Below are positions 9,701-18,973 of a DNA stretch of 64,000 nt, piece after piece. The translations under genes were made by a program, and so were the position numbers. The stretch is from the IMG/VR virus record IMGVR_UViG_3300050010_000483, positions 1-64,000 of that record; one strand, written 5' to 3'. Positions within the stretch are counted from its first letter, which is position 1, and each line of letters starts with the position of its first letter. This DNA is from a virus. Under the pieces are notes generated by a model. It worked only from the letters and a program-made list of their open reading frames with translations. It did no database searches and was not told where the DNA came from.

Positions 9701-9894
9701 AAGTAAAGACTTCCCAGCGCGGAGTTCAGAGTTTTGATCTTCCCCTGGTGATGAAACGGGATAATACGGCAAGTAGAATGCGACGAGATAGTTATACCGC
9801 ATGTATGTTGGCAGCTTGGTGTATGAAGTCATATAACGATATCATGGCCTTCCAACCCACGAGTTTAGAAACATTTGAACCCATGATGATTTGA
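6766..9894 (+). CDS. terL: Terminase large subunit with intein (about 622 aa after splicing)
   Basis: LYPDQ adenine motif, Walker A WGRGVSK|T across the intein, IRGFRANVLLIDE Walker B, FKREYCAQF, and an RNase H-like nuclease ILAIDP...DDFA...RRDSY. Confidence 0.9.
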   Translation: MWHSPTKYSKEVLDFNIEAKALKGELDDIQAKITLAKFLYRNLGITTNFLTGIDLYPDQIITIKGMLQSNYTLCVWGRGVSKSVSYSNTWVIDQEKGLLLLKDLFPNLDFSKDQEVNIPTRKFWNGSGWQATSKLFIQPKKDSLRIKTKRGYSLEGAKTHIIKVWDKTQCKVVWKKYPEITKDDYICINRNRQNEWGEATDANESYLIGLILGDGCISSHNPSTEITTADEEISDFCLKYGANIHLKKNTRAWDLYFPKDIIDKFLGKYQVKRGLSYDKIIPQTIFSSKQMLKACLQGLFDTDGCVTSSQLTVEYCSTSIEMARQVHFALLTFGIVSHLMEYKIPSPFGHAWKVIITGQDCRIFSEQIGFRLSRKQNILNQHLLNGNYNTNIDVIPGLKEYCQREIKSKARLPKILSDEWRNKIRRKDNQLNLTYDTLDSYLEFFVRAGITGEHIENLKSIKNEHFFFDQVESIEDIGGRDCLDFNIPDGEMYWSNGFISHNTWTAAVYCILQMIFFPKSSILIAGPTFRTARFIFNHIEKIVNQPEAQMLAAAFNVDFKVRRNDEFRWSINGGEIVAIPLNGEKIRGFRANVLLIDEFLLMSEDLVEKVLIPYLVSPTSAEVKRRKQIRDKESDLIQRGIITETERTKFTGNAKLIALSSASYTCEYLYKKYDDYVKKIYSPDLPDEGAKYFVSQLSWDAIPEDRMDKSIIEMAQTNESNMATFKREYCAQFLDGSDSYFSMQKMIACTVPDGEKPTLLVRGKRDKKYILAIDPDFSNSPTGDDFAMCVVELDDNGKGGTVAHTYAESGKDLKDHIRYLHYILTNFGIDMIIIDYAGYQFIEAANESQLFRDANMNLSIFDFTSEKDGEEYNEELRKARNSYNKQIGRIVFNQYFTSDFIRKANEWLQGCFDYKRLWFGGSIKGCPEVFNEIASLPIDFKQVFANKDLDDKNETPMGYMIDRQEILCKQTKYQCASIEVKTSQRGVQSFDLPLVMKRDNTASRMRRDSYTACMLAAWCMKSYNDIMAFQPTSLETFEPMMI
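7012..8271 (+). mobile_element. Intein with LAGLIDADG homing endonuclease in terL (420 aa)
   Basis: Begins at Ser (SVSYSNT); motifs LIGLILGDG and LQGLFDTDG; ends CLDFNIPDGEMYWSNGFISHN followed by Thr+1, which restores the P-loop KT. Confidence 0.9.
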
Positions 9895-9899
9895 AATGA

Positions 9900-9906
9900 G
9901 TGTAAT
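9900..9906 (+). promoter_or_regulatory. Putative late promoter GTGTAAT
   Basis: 14 nt upstream of ATG 9921; recurring motif. Confidence 0.6.
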
Positions 9907-9920
9907 ACAAATATAGGTTT

Positions 9921-12164
9921 ATGGACAGCAGCATACGCATCAGACAACTTAATCAGGCCGATCTATCTGGATTTATTGGGGGAGTCATTAATCCCATCCT
10001 TCAGAGCAACGGTATAGGGTTCAGTGGAAAGACTCTCTCTCCAACTGGGTCGGGGTCTTTTGCGCTTGGGTCTCCATTATTGCCTTTCAGCCAGGTTGCC
10101 ACAAACAGTCTATTTCTTCCATCTGGCAGTGGTATTTTCTTTGGCCCAAATGTTTTTTTGACTTCAACCGTCAGTGGTAATACAGCATACCTTAACATCA
10201 ATGGTTATCTCATTTCATCTACGGCCCAGGGATTATCAATTATCGGCCCACAGGGACCAGTGGGAGCAACAGGACCAGTGGGGGCAACGGGACGCAGCAT
10301 TACAGGAGCATACGCCCTTAACGGCAATATGGTCCTGCAATACTCGGATGCCACGCAAAGCAATCCAATTTCACTTCCGTCAGGTGCCACGGGAGTAATG
10401 GGACCAACAGGAGCTTCACTATCCCGTTTTAATCAAAGCGGCAATTATGTTCAGCCCGTGTTTTCAAATGGAACGAGCGGAACATTCATTCTTTTAGCAA
10501 GCGGGGCGCAGGGACAACAGGGCGTGGCTGGGGGTATTTTTATTGATTGTAGTCAGATTACTGGCGTGATGGAGCATCAAATTGCCCCCGCCATTGACAT
10601 TTATAACGTCAATCCCAGTACAAACATAAATCCTGATTTAAATTTCATCAAAGGCATGAGATATACCATTGGTCAAAGTGGTTTAAATCTCAGTACCGTC
10701 ACTGTTTCTGGAACACCTTATAATACCAATTTCTTTATTGATGAATATGGTACGACTGGTTATCTTCGTTTTACTGTTTGGGGTATTGCTGTTCCAGATT
10801 CCACATATACGGGTCGGGTTGTCTATCCAGAAGTAAGTTTTAATCCAATAAACTATATTGATGATAGTTCTGTTTTGCAGAATATTGTTGAAGACCCATA
10901 CAAACGTTCGATTTCATTCAATATCTCTTTGGGGGCCAGTTCGGCATACTATTATGGTTTTGCCCGATATAATCTTAATGGCCAACTTTTTGGGACTAAC
11001 GGAGAACAAACCTATGGTGGTGTGGTTCTTGGTAATTTATATTGTGATTACTTTGGTCCAGTGGGTCCAGCAGGACCAGCAGGAACAATGGGTGTTCCTG
11101 GCCCACAAGGAGACATTGGACCAGCGGGTAACGGAGGAAACCCTGGGGTTGGCATCACAGGAGCCACTAGTAATGGGTCGCAAATGCAATTGTTTTACTC
11201 TGATGGTTCGACCAGTCCTTTATTGACATTACCAATGGGTGGTGCAGTGGGGCCAATGGGTCCTACGGGTCCGATGGGACTTACTGGACCACAAGGTCCA
11301 AATGGTGTGGCGGGTCAGGCTGGCGCGCCAGGTTTTGCAGATACATATGTATGTTATTTTGCCACTAATACCATTAATGCCACATCGGGTATTTCCCCAT
11401 CACTAAACAAAATGTCTAATGGTAGCAGTACATGGACATATTGTACTGGAAATCAAATGTATTTTCAAGGTGGGGACGCCATTCAATTTCAACATAATGA
11501 TCTCATTGGTAAGGCTTATTCTCCCTGGCAAAGTGTTATTATTGCGGATAATGACTATCCTGGTGCAAGATATTTTTATTCCTTTGTTGAATCTTTTAAT
11601 GCAACCGCTGGAAGTATAAGTTTACTTGTACAAAACACTCCTTATGCTCCCGTGGGATTAAATGGTTCTTATATGTATTGGAATCAATTTAACAGTATTG
11701 CCATGAACTTGGGTGGTCTTGGTTCTCCTGGACCCGCTGGTCCCATTGGCCCACAAGGAATACAGGGTCCAGCCAGTAATCCAAACCCAATATTTACCAT
11801 GAGTCCCTCTATCAATGTAAGCTCTCAAACCTCAAATACCGTAAATATTAATGGTAATACCTACAGTGCCTGGGTGCTTACTTTTAACAATTATGGCAAT
11901 ACGGTTAATTTTTTGTCTGCTGATTTTGCCGTTGGTGAAACAGTGCAACTCAATATAACTAACAATTCATCATATTCCAATACGGAATATCCTTTGATGG
12001 CTTGGACTATTGACGGAAATCCTGGAATTCATTTTCCCTATGGTGTGTCTGCGCCCGCACCAGAACCAAATACAACATCAATCTACACATTTGTAAGATA
12101 CCCAAACGATCCTATCGACGATTCTCCACGAATTTATTGTACATATACTTTGAATTATTCATAA
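9921..12164 (+). CDS. Collagen-like (Gly-X-Y) virion fibre protein
   Basis: Several GPxGPx tracts separated by beta-rich S/T/N/G domains. Confidence 0.8.
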   Translation: MDSSIRIRQLNQADLSGFIGGVINPILQSNGIGFSGKTLSPTGSGSFALGSPLLPFSQVATNSLFLPSGSGIFFGPNVFLTSTVSGNTAYLNINGYLISSTAQGLSIIGPQGPVGATGPVGATGRSITGAYALNGNMVLQYSDATQSNPISLPSGATGVMGPTGASLSRFNQSGNYVQPVFSNGTSGTFILLASGAQGQQGVAGGIFIDCSQITGVMEHQIAPAIDIYNVNPSTNINPDLNFIKGMRYTIGQSGLNLSTVTVSGTPYNTNFFIDEYGTTGYLRFTVWGIAVPDSTYTGRVVYPEVSFNPINYIDDSSVLQNIVEDPYKRSISFNISLGASSAYYYGFARYNLNGQLFGTNGEQTYGGVVLGNLYCDYFGPVGPAGPAGTMGVPGPQGDIGPAGNGGNPGVGITGATSNGSQMQLFYSDGSTSPLLTLPMGGAVGPMGPTGPMGLTGPQGPNGVAGQAGAPGFADTYVCYFATNTINATSGISPSLNKMSNGSSTWTYCTGNQMYFQGGDAIQFQHNDLIGKAYSPWQSVIIADNDYPGARYFYSFVESFNATAGSISLLVQNTPYAPVGLNGSYMYWNQFNSIAMNLGGLGSPGPAGPIGPQGIQGPASNPNPIFTMSPSINVSSQTSNTVNINGNTYSAWVLTFNNYGNTVNFLSADFAVGETVQLNITNNSSYSNTEYPLMAWTIDGNPGIHFPYGVSAPAPEPNTTSIYTFVRYPNDPIDDSPRIYCTYTLNYS

Positions 12165-12174
12165 TAGGTAGATT

Positions 12175-14226
12175 ATGGCACGCAAAAAACTAACAATCGC
12201 CAAGGGTGATGATGGTCAAGGAAACTTGACAAATCTCAAACCAACTAAAAAAGTTGAAAAGATGGAATTAACCCAACCATACATGGAATCAATCGCCAGT
12301 GACTTTCAAGGCGACCAACATAACCATGACACACGCCGCAATGTGGCGGGTATCATCGAACGCACGAATCGCTTTGCCAACATTGACAATGGACTTGTGC
12401 CTTTTCGTTATTCAAGCTCGATTTATGGGGCCAACCGTTCTTCAATTGATGTTCGTGATGCCGTAGTTTTGTGTCAGAAGTGTTATTACAATTTTGCGTT
12501 GTTCCGAAATGTCATTGATTTGATGACGGAATTCTCGGTTGGACGTTTAATTTTGCGCGGGGGTAGTCAACAATCCAGGGATTTTTTCCATGCTTTATGG
12601 AGAAAAATTAACATGGAAGATTTTCAAGAAAGATGGTATCGGGAGTATTATCGCTCAGGAAACGTATTTACCTATCGTTTCGATGCGATCATCAAGCCTG
12701 CTGATGTTCAAAAGATCATCCAAGCCTTCGCCGCCGAAAATAATTATGACGCTGGACAACAAAAAGCAGCCAGTTACATTGCCGAGGACACTATTGTCAT
12801 TAAACCCGACAAGTTGACCATTGAACCCTTTTCCATTCCCGCCCGTTATCTCATTTTGAACCCTGCCGATATTCAAATGATGTCAACCTTGAATTTTGCA
12901 TATGGCATCTACTTCAAAATATTAACCGATTATGAAATAGCTCGTCTTCGTAATCCCGTCACTGAGGAAGACATCGCCGTCTTCAAAGACTTGCCAGATC
13001 AAGTTCAAAAACAGATCAAAACAGGTAGTCGGGTGGTTGCCATTCCATTGGACCCAACGAAGGTATCCATGGTCTTTTATAAAAAGCAAGACTATGAACC
13101 TTTCGCCGTACCAATGGGTTATCCCGTTTTGGAAGATATTGATGCAAAAGCAGAAATGAAGAAAATTGACATGGCCGTCGCACGAACCATGCAACAAATC
13201 ATTCTTTTAGTGACCAGTGGTACTGAACCTGTAAAGGGCGGCGTTAATCAGAAGTATGTTGATTCTTTGCGTAAACTATTTGCCAATCAATCAGTCGGGC
13301 GCGTTCTTATTGCTGATTATACCACGAAGGCTGAATTCAAAGTTCCAGCAATTGCCGAATTGCTTGACCCAAAGAAATACGAAATTATCAATGATGATAT
13401 TAACATTGGTTTGAACAACGTTTTTGCTGGTGGGGATAAATTTGCCAACCAACAACAGAAGGTTGAACTATTTATCGCCCGTTTGGAACGGGGCCGCCGA
13501 TCTTTCATCAACAACTTTTTATTGCCAGAAATGCGTCGGATTGCCAAGTCATTGAATTTCAAAAACTATCCCGAAATTACCTACGAAGACATAAAACTCA
13601 AGGATGACTCAACCATGAACAGGATTTATGGTCGTTTGATTGAAGTCGGAGTGCTGACTCCCGAGCAAGGATTCAAGGCCCTCACCAATGGTATTCTTCC
13701 CGACCCCACACTGATGCAACAAGAGCAGGAAGATTATAAAACAGATCGGGATAATGGTTTATATGTGCCGCTGGTAGGCGGGGCTGGTGTGGGAGCGGGT
13801 TCAACGGATGACCCTGGAAGTCCAGGAGGGGCAACGGGTCCACAATCAGTGCCTAAAACTGTTGGCCCAATCGGAAGCAAAGCCTCGATTGACGAAACAA
13901 AATTCAGTATGGTCAAAGTACGTGATTATTTGGCGCTTGCTCAAGACCTTGATAAAGCTGTCATGGAACACTTGCGTAAAACTCATGGAATTAAAGCCAA
14001 ACGTCTGACGAAACTTCAACGAGAAGTTGCAGATAGTATGGTCGAATTAATTATTGCAAACGAAACTCCTGATAAGTGGATTGAAACATCTGCTAGTTAC
14101 GTGGAATCGCCCGAAGACAAGAATCACAAGCGAGTGTTGGAAGTAAACAAAATTGCCACAATCCATCAACTCGACAACTTCTTGGCTGGTATTCTACTTG
14201 CCAGCAAAATAGAAGCAAATGGGTAA
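12175..14226 (+). CDS. Portal protein
   Basis: Lies after terL. Portal-like segments LFRNVIDLMTEF, REYYRSGNVF and PMGYPVLEDI...D; helical; low-complexity region near the C-terminus. Confidence 0.8.
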   Translation: MARKKLTIAKGDDGQGNLTNLKPTKKVEKMELTQPYMESIASDFQGDQHNHDTRRNVAGIIERTNRFANIDNGLVPFRYSSSIYGANRSSIDVRDAVVLCQKCYYNFALFRNVIDLMTEFSVGRLILRGGSQQSRDFFHALWRKINMEDFQERWYREYYRSGNVFTYRFDAIIKPADVQKIIQAFAAENNYDAGQQKAASYIAEDTIVIKPDKLTIEPFSIPARYLILNPADIQMMSTLNFAYGIYFKILTDYEIARLRNPVTEEDIAVFKDLPDQVQKQIKTGSRVVAIPLDPTKVSMVFYKKQDYEPFAVPMGYPVLEDIDAKAEMKKIDMAVARTMQQIILLVTSGTEPVKGGVNQKYVDSLRKLFANQSVGRVLIADYTTKAEFKVPAIAELLDPKKYEIINDDINIGLNNVFAGGDKFANQQQKVELFIARLERGRRSFINNFLLPEMRRIAKSLNFKNYPEITYEDIKLKDDSTMNRIYGRLIEVGVLTPEQGFKALTNGILPDPTLMQQEQEDYKTDRDNGLYVPLVGGAGVGAGSTDDPGSPGGATGPQSVPKTVGPIGSKASIDETKFSMVKVRDYLALAQDLDKAVMEHLRKTHGIKAKRLTKLQREVADSMVELIIANETPDKWIETSASYVESPEDKNHKRVLEVNKIATIHQLDNFLAGILLASKIEANG

Positions 14227-14965
14227 TCAATTTAGTTTTTATCAGTATGACGGTCTTGTACCTGGTGCTACAACGATAACGCCCTTTGCTTATACGGGGG
14301 CAAATGGAAATCGTGTAGTTGTTTGGAGCGGGGCGGTCACTCCTGTTACGGCCCCCTACTACAATAGTTTCATTGGTTATTATATCACGCCTTCTCTATT
14401 GGAAGGTGGAGTGGCTGGTTTTCTTTGGGAATTATTTAATGATTCTTCCACATATCCTTCAACTTTTAAGGCAAAAATTAGTGGAGAAGCAAATTCCAGT
14501 AATCTTCATCAAGTTTCTTTTAATAATAATATCTATGGATTTTTGTATCCTCTGCTTAAAGAATCAGGACAAATGGGTATTAATCTATCAGGGGAAGTAA
14601 AACAAGATAACAATCAGAGTCCATTTGCCTTTTCATATTCGGGCATTATTCCTTCTGGAACGAAAGACTTCCCCGTTAATGCAGTTAATTATTCTGGTCA
14701 AACCATCTCTGGAGCGAAGGATTTTTTTGCTATTGGAAACTTTATCTCGGGATCAATTATAAGCAACAATAATGATCGTCCCGTTTATGTCATAAACTTT
14801 TCAGGCAGCATAAATCATAATAATCGTGATGTTGGAGACATGAGTTGTAATTTTAATTCGGTTTCTTATTCACTTTATGTGGTGAACGCTATTATAATCA
14901 GTACAGGAGACACTACAAATATGAACACTCAATTTTCAACTGTTAAATACGAATATCATCCTTAA
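14219..14965 (+). CDS. Putative virion structural protein (SG/N-rich)
   Basis: Beta-rich S/G/N composition; coupled to the portal gene. Confidence 0.6.
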   Translation: MGNQFSFYQYDGLVPGATTITPFAYTGANGNRVVVWSGAVTPVTAPYYNSFIGYYITPSLLEGGVAGFLWELFNDSSTYPSTFKAKISGEANSSNLHQVSFNNNIYGFLYPLLKESGQMGINLSGEVKQDNNQSPFAFSYSGIIPSGTKDFPVNAVNYSGQTISGAKDFFAIGNFISGSIISNNNDRPVYVINFSGSINHNNRDVGDMSCNFNSVSYSLYVVNAIIISTGDTTNMNTQFSTVKYEYHP

Positions 14966-14968
14966 TTT

Positions 14969-17344
14969 ATGCACGCACAAGTAAAATATTCGCTGCACGG
15001 GGCGTTCAAATTCGACCTGTACAGCGGAACAACCATGGTTTCAACGACTGATTGGTTTGATAATTTCATTACTCATACTGGTTTATCTTATCCAACAATT
15101 TATCCGTTCGCCGATTGTTTTCGTTTCCTTTCTTTGGGTGGAAGCGAGGGTAATAACGTGCCTAATTCTGGTTATATTGCTGGTTCAGGTCAATATGCCA
15201 CAACGGGTCTTGCATATCCAATTACTGGTTATGGAACCTCAGAAGGTTATTCACAGACTCCACAATATATTGGATGGCAGGGATATGCCATCGGAAGTAC
15301 GAATCAATCCTCCGTGTGTGGGACTAATTTAGACGAACGAGGCCTTTCATTATATCGGGGCTGGACAATTCCCACGGGAGACGTTGGTTGTACAATGAAT
15401 CAAGGTTCAAATGGTTTGCAAATCGGAGAGTTTATGGTCTCCCCTTCCTCTGGCTCAGACCCATCTGGACAATTTGCGTTCAGTCGTATTACTCGCTCTC
15501 TTTCAATTCCAAATGGTTACAAAGCCACTATCAGCTATCAACTGAGAATCGTTTTTCAAAATACAGGACTAACCCTGTTGCCTTCGGGGTCTTTCCAAAC
15601 AGGAAATGCTGATATTTCCGAGGATTTTGATTTGGTTTCTGGATGGAATTCTCTTTCTGGATACTATCGTCAAGTTTGTCCGTCTTTGTGTGTTGTAGAT
15701 GCTTGGGGAGCCTCATATACTCCAGCCTGGGGTAATTTAATGGAGCCATGCAATAAAGATTTATCAGCCATGACGTTTTATCTTTCTCCTGATAATGCCC
15801 AATTTGATGTAAATAATGTTGATGGATATGGACAATCAAATATAGATTTGGCTTATACTTCTGATGGTTTAATGCAACAGGTGGCTTTATCTGATATTAG
15901 TTTCCCTCCAACAGCACATGGTGTTAATCCTGGAAATCCGCCTTCAAATCCAGCGACTTGGTATCAAAATCCGACGTTGGGGACACCTGCTAATGATGTT
16001 CCTTCTTTAGTAGCATCAAACACAAGATTAACCAATATACGTTTAGGAAGTGCATTAAACGGACTGGTTACTCCTTTATTGTCTAATTATTTTAATGCTC
16101 CTGTAATGTCTCCTGCAACTTTTAATTATCAATCAGAAGAAGATTCAACCGTTCAACCAATTAGTTATGCTTCTCCTGGTATCTTGAATTTCAAAAAAGG
16201 AATTGCTAATTATGGACAGCAAGCTGTTTTTTCTTCAACCGTATTTGCATTACCAGCCATTAATCCAACTGGACGGGCAAAAAAAAGAACTTGCCGAACA
16301 ACTTTCGCGCCAATTTCCAGTCTGGGTTATAATACTAGATTTGGTTCATTGGTAGCCGCATACAATACAGATGATACACAGACCCCGCCAAAATTAATTA
16401 CTTTTCCAATTATTGACTGTCTGTTTTTTGATACTGCTGGTCGTTCAACCATGCAACACTATCGCCAAATTAGCGGTATCTATTTGACAAATCGTGGTAC
16501 TGGCGTTGCAGATGCGTACTTTACTATTCAACCAACGGGCGATACAAATATTCAACGTTTCTTAACCTGCAAAACAATGCAGGGCGCGATTTCTTCCAAC
16601 GGTACAATTGTGGATAATGGTTTCTTTTCTCTCAATGGTGGACTGAACAGCGGATATTGGTTGGACGGTGTTAATACACCAACTACTGGTAATAGTACTT
16701 TCGGGGCGGCTTATGGTTGTTCTGGATGGGGTGCTGTTATCGGGGTTGTAGGACCGACAAATGGAGCAGACTATACTGGATTGCCTTATGATCTTGGATT
16801 AGCTGATCACAACGTTTCTATGTACGGAGGGGGACTAATGGTCACGGCATTTAATCCTGATCCTAATCCCCTTATAAATGGAAGTGCTCCAATTATGGGC
16901 GCACCATCTAATTCTTCTAATTTATACTGGCCAGCACCAGTGCAAAGTAATATTTTAACTCTTTCCGTAACGAATGTTTCTTACTATTCTAGCCAATCAT
17001 GCTTTAGTCCTAATACGACTCCTTTAACAGGTATTCCTGGAGTCGTAGGGCAACCAGGATATAACTGGATAGGTAATCCATGTCATTTCTGTCCTCCAAC
17101 AGGATATATTTCTCATTACGACGGAATTGGCGGAACAGGGTATCGTTTATTACCGAATTGCGGGTATCCGAATAATGACATCAGTGATACATATTTGCCA
17201 ACAACAGGCGGTCAATATCCCGCGTTAAGTCGTGATAATGGTTTGGATTTGTACTTGGACATAATGTGGACTGCACCATGCGGTGGCAGTGCAACAAAAA
17301 ACTGTATTGATGTTCCATTAGTGGCCAGTAATATTACATACTAA
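14969..17344 (+). CDS. Putative virion structural protein, paralogue of 17346..18914
   Basis: Shares NFIT.TGLSYP..Y.FADCFRF.SLG, RGW.(I/V)PT, EFMVSP, F(A/S)R, WG..MEP and a C-terminal W..PC with the next gene. Confidence 0.7.
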   Translation: MHAQVKYSLHGAFKFDLYSGTTMVSTTDWFDNFITHTGLSYPTIYPFADCFRFLSLGGSEGNNVPNSGYIAGSGQYATTGLAYPITGYGTSEGYSQTPQYIGWQGYAIGSTNQSSVCGTNLDERGLSLYRGWTIPTGDVGCTMNQGSNGLQIGEFMVSPSSGSDPSGQFAFSRITRSLSIPNGYKATISYQLRIVFQNTGLTLLPSGSFQTGNADISEDFDLVSGWNSLSGYYRQVCPSLCVVDAWGASYTPAWGNLMEPCNKDLSAMTFYLSPDNAQFDVNNVDGYGQSNIDLAYTSDGLMQQVALSDISFPPTAHGVNPGNPPSNPATWYQNPTLGTPANDVPSLVASNTRLTNIRLGSALNGLVTPLLSNYFNAPVMSPATFNYQSEEDSTVQPISYASPGILNFKKGIANYGQQAVFSSTVFALPAINPTGRAKKRTCRTTFAPISSLGYNTRFGSLVAAYNTDDTQTPPKLITFPIIDCLFFDTAGRSTMQHYRQISGIYLTNRGTGVADAYFTIQPTGDTNIQRFLTCKTMQGAISSNGTIVDNGFFSLNGGLNSGYWLDGVNTPTTGNSTFGAAYGCSGWGAVIGVVGPTNGADYTGLPYDLGLADHNVSMYGGGLMVTAFNPDPNPLINGSAPIMGAPSNSSNLYWPAPVQSNILTLSVTNVSYYSSQSCFSPNTTPLTGIPGVVGQPGYNWIGNPCHFCPPTGYISHYDGIGGTGYRLLPNCGYPNNDISDTYLPTTGGQYPALSRDNGLDLYLDIMWTAPCGGSATKNCIDVPLVASNITY

Positions 17345-17345
17345 T

Positions 17346-18914
17346 ATGTTTTTACAGAAAAATATTGGCGTCAAGGGTAAGTTTAAATTTCAAGTTTTTA
17401 ACGAGAGCAGTTTGTGTTATGAGACTGAAAAAGAGAACTTTATTACTTCAACAGGATTAAGCTATCCATCTCAATACGCTTTTGCAGATTGTTTTCGTTT
17501 TGTTTCTCTTGGAATAGGGACGACACCAAATACTGTGGTGGGTTTAGGAACAACGGGTTTATCCACTGGTGTATCTTCATTTTCTTATATTGGTGGGTAT
17601 GATTGCAGTCAAGACCAAAATGGTTATTATGCCTCTCAATATTGTGGATTTGAAGAAGAGGGTAATATAGTATCATTAAGTCGGGGATGGCGCGTACCAA
17701 CAACGGGGACATTCGACTCTGACTATACTTTTCAAGAATTTATGGTTAGTCCTGGATACCCAGGAGTAAAAGCCATCGCTGGCGATGTAGCCTGTGGTTG
17801 TGGCGATTCTAACACTGATGGAAATGTTGGAACAGATGGTTCTCCCGTAGCTCAGAGTGCTTCTAATCCTTATACAATTTCTATCTGTTCTGGTTATCAT
17901 GCTTTTGCACGAGTATTAGTGCCCATCTCAGTCAATCAAAGTAATTATATCGTTGTCTCTTATAAACTGGAATTATCATTTGATTCTGGTGTTCAAACTT
18001 TCAATATCCCGATTGATCTTAATAATCTTCCATCAACGAATTTTTTCGGTCATCTTACTGGTAGGGCAAATCAAGTACATCATGGTTTAAAATTGGTTTG
18101 GGATGAAAAGACTTATGATGGAGGTAGTCAACAGAATATTGATGGTGATTTTTATGGAGAATCTTTTGTTGGTCCTTGGGGGGCGCCGATGGAACCGAGT
18201 TGTCCAGCTTCGAGTACGTCACCGTCTTTTGGCAATTTGACTGCATTTGTCAGTACAGATAATATTCAATTTCTCGTTAATAGAGAAGAAGGGGGGAATG
18301 TTTCGGATAAATCTTCGGCAGCGGCGAATGGATTAGGATTAATGGACTGGCATCCGACACCAACAGAAGAAAATGGAGGCGCATTCCTAGGAAATTTTTA
18401 CGCTGTTCGTCAAGGTGGAGGAGGCAATAGTTATTATCCTCTTGATACTGATTATACTCTAAATACCACATCGGATCAATTAACATCAGATCAACAAAAT
18501 TTTATTGTAAACGCCAAACAGTGCGATAGTGTAAGTAAATTACCAATGAACAACTTTACACCAAGTGATAGAAGTAGATCAATAAATTTTTCTTTTCAAT
18601 TTAATGGAATTAATTGGGCGGATGGCACAAACGTGTCATTTGTCAATAATCCTATTAGAGCTTTAACCCTTTCATATTATGATTCAAACTCTAATTATAT
18701 TCCTTTTTACGATATTATTTTTGCTGATTTGATTGGACTTTATCCATCAATCAACACTTCCGCAGGAACGTATCAATTGCCTAATGAATCTTATTCGGAT
18801 TTTCAACCTCCTACGGGATATTTTTATGGTCAGGATGGAGGAACGCTCACCGTAGGTTTTCTCACTACTTGGTCTTCTCCCTGCGACCCAAGTGTAATTG
18901 GTTGCCCAAGTTGA
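17346..18914 (+). CDS. Putative virion structural protein, paralogue of 14969..17344
   Basis: Shared motifs as listed for 14969..17344; TAATATG junction. Confidence 0.7.
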   Translation: MFLQKNIGVKGKFKFQVFNESSLCYETEKENFITSTGLSYPSQYAFADCFRFVSLGIGTTPNTVVGLGTTGLSTGVSSFSYIGGYDCSQDQNGYYASQYCGFEEEGNIVSLSRGWRVPTTGTFDSDYTFQEFMVSPGYPGVKAIAGDVACGCGDSNTDGNVGTDGSPVAQSASNPYTISICSGYHAFARVLVPISVNQSNYIVVSYKLELSFDSGVQTFNIPIDLNNLPSTNFFGHLTGRANQVHHGLKLVWDEKTYDGGSQQNIDGDFYGESFVGPWGAPMEPSCPASSTSPSFGNLTAFVSTDNIQFLVNREEGGNVSDKSSAAANGLGLMDWHPTPTEENGGAFLGNFYAVRQGGGGNSYYPLDTDYTLNTTSDQLTSDQQNFIVNAKQCDSVSKLPMNNFTPSDRSRSINFSFQFNGINWADGTNVSFVNNPIRALTLSYYDSNSNYIPFYDIIFADLIGLYPSINTSAGTYQLPNESYSDFQPPTGYFYGQDGGTLTVGFLTTWSSPCDPSVIGCPS

Positions 18915-18957
18915 TTTTTGATGTATCAATCAAGAATTTCCAAAAAAAGCAAAAAAT

Positions 18958-18964
18958 GTGTAAA
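18958..18964 (+). promoter_or_regulatory. Putative late promoter GTGTAAA
   Basis: 9 nt upstream of ATG 18974. Confidence 0.55.
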
Positions 18965-18973
18965 ACAATTAAG

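Noticed and set aside
18892-18898. Additional GTGTAAT at the end of 17346..18914, and other intragenic GTGTAA hits
   Set aside because: Explainable by chance or coding; not counted as promoters without TSS data.
18869-18973. ORF-track starts at 3036, 18869, 33630 and 47870
   Set aside because: These upstream non-ATG extensions overlap neighbouring genes or promoter motifs, or abut the upstream stop; ATGs at 3117, 18974, 33648 and 47897 fit better.
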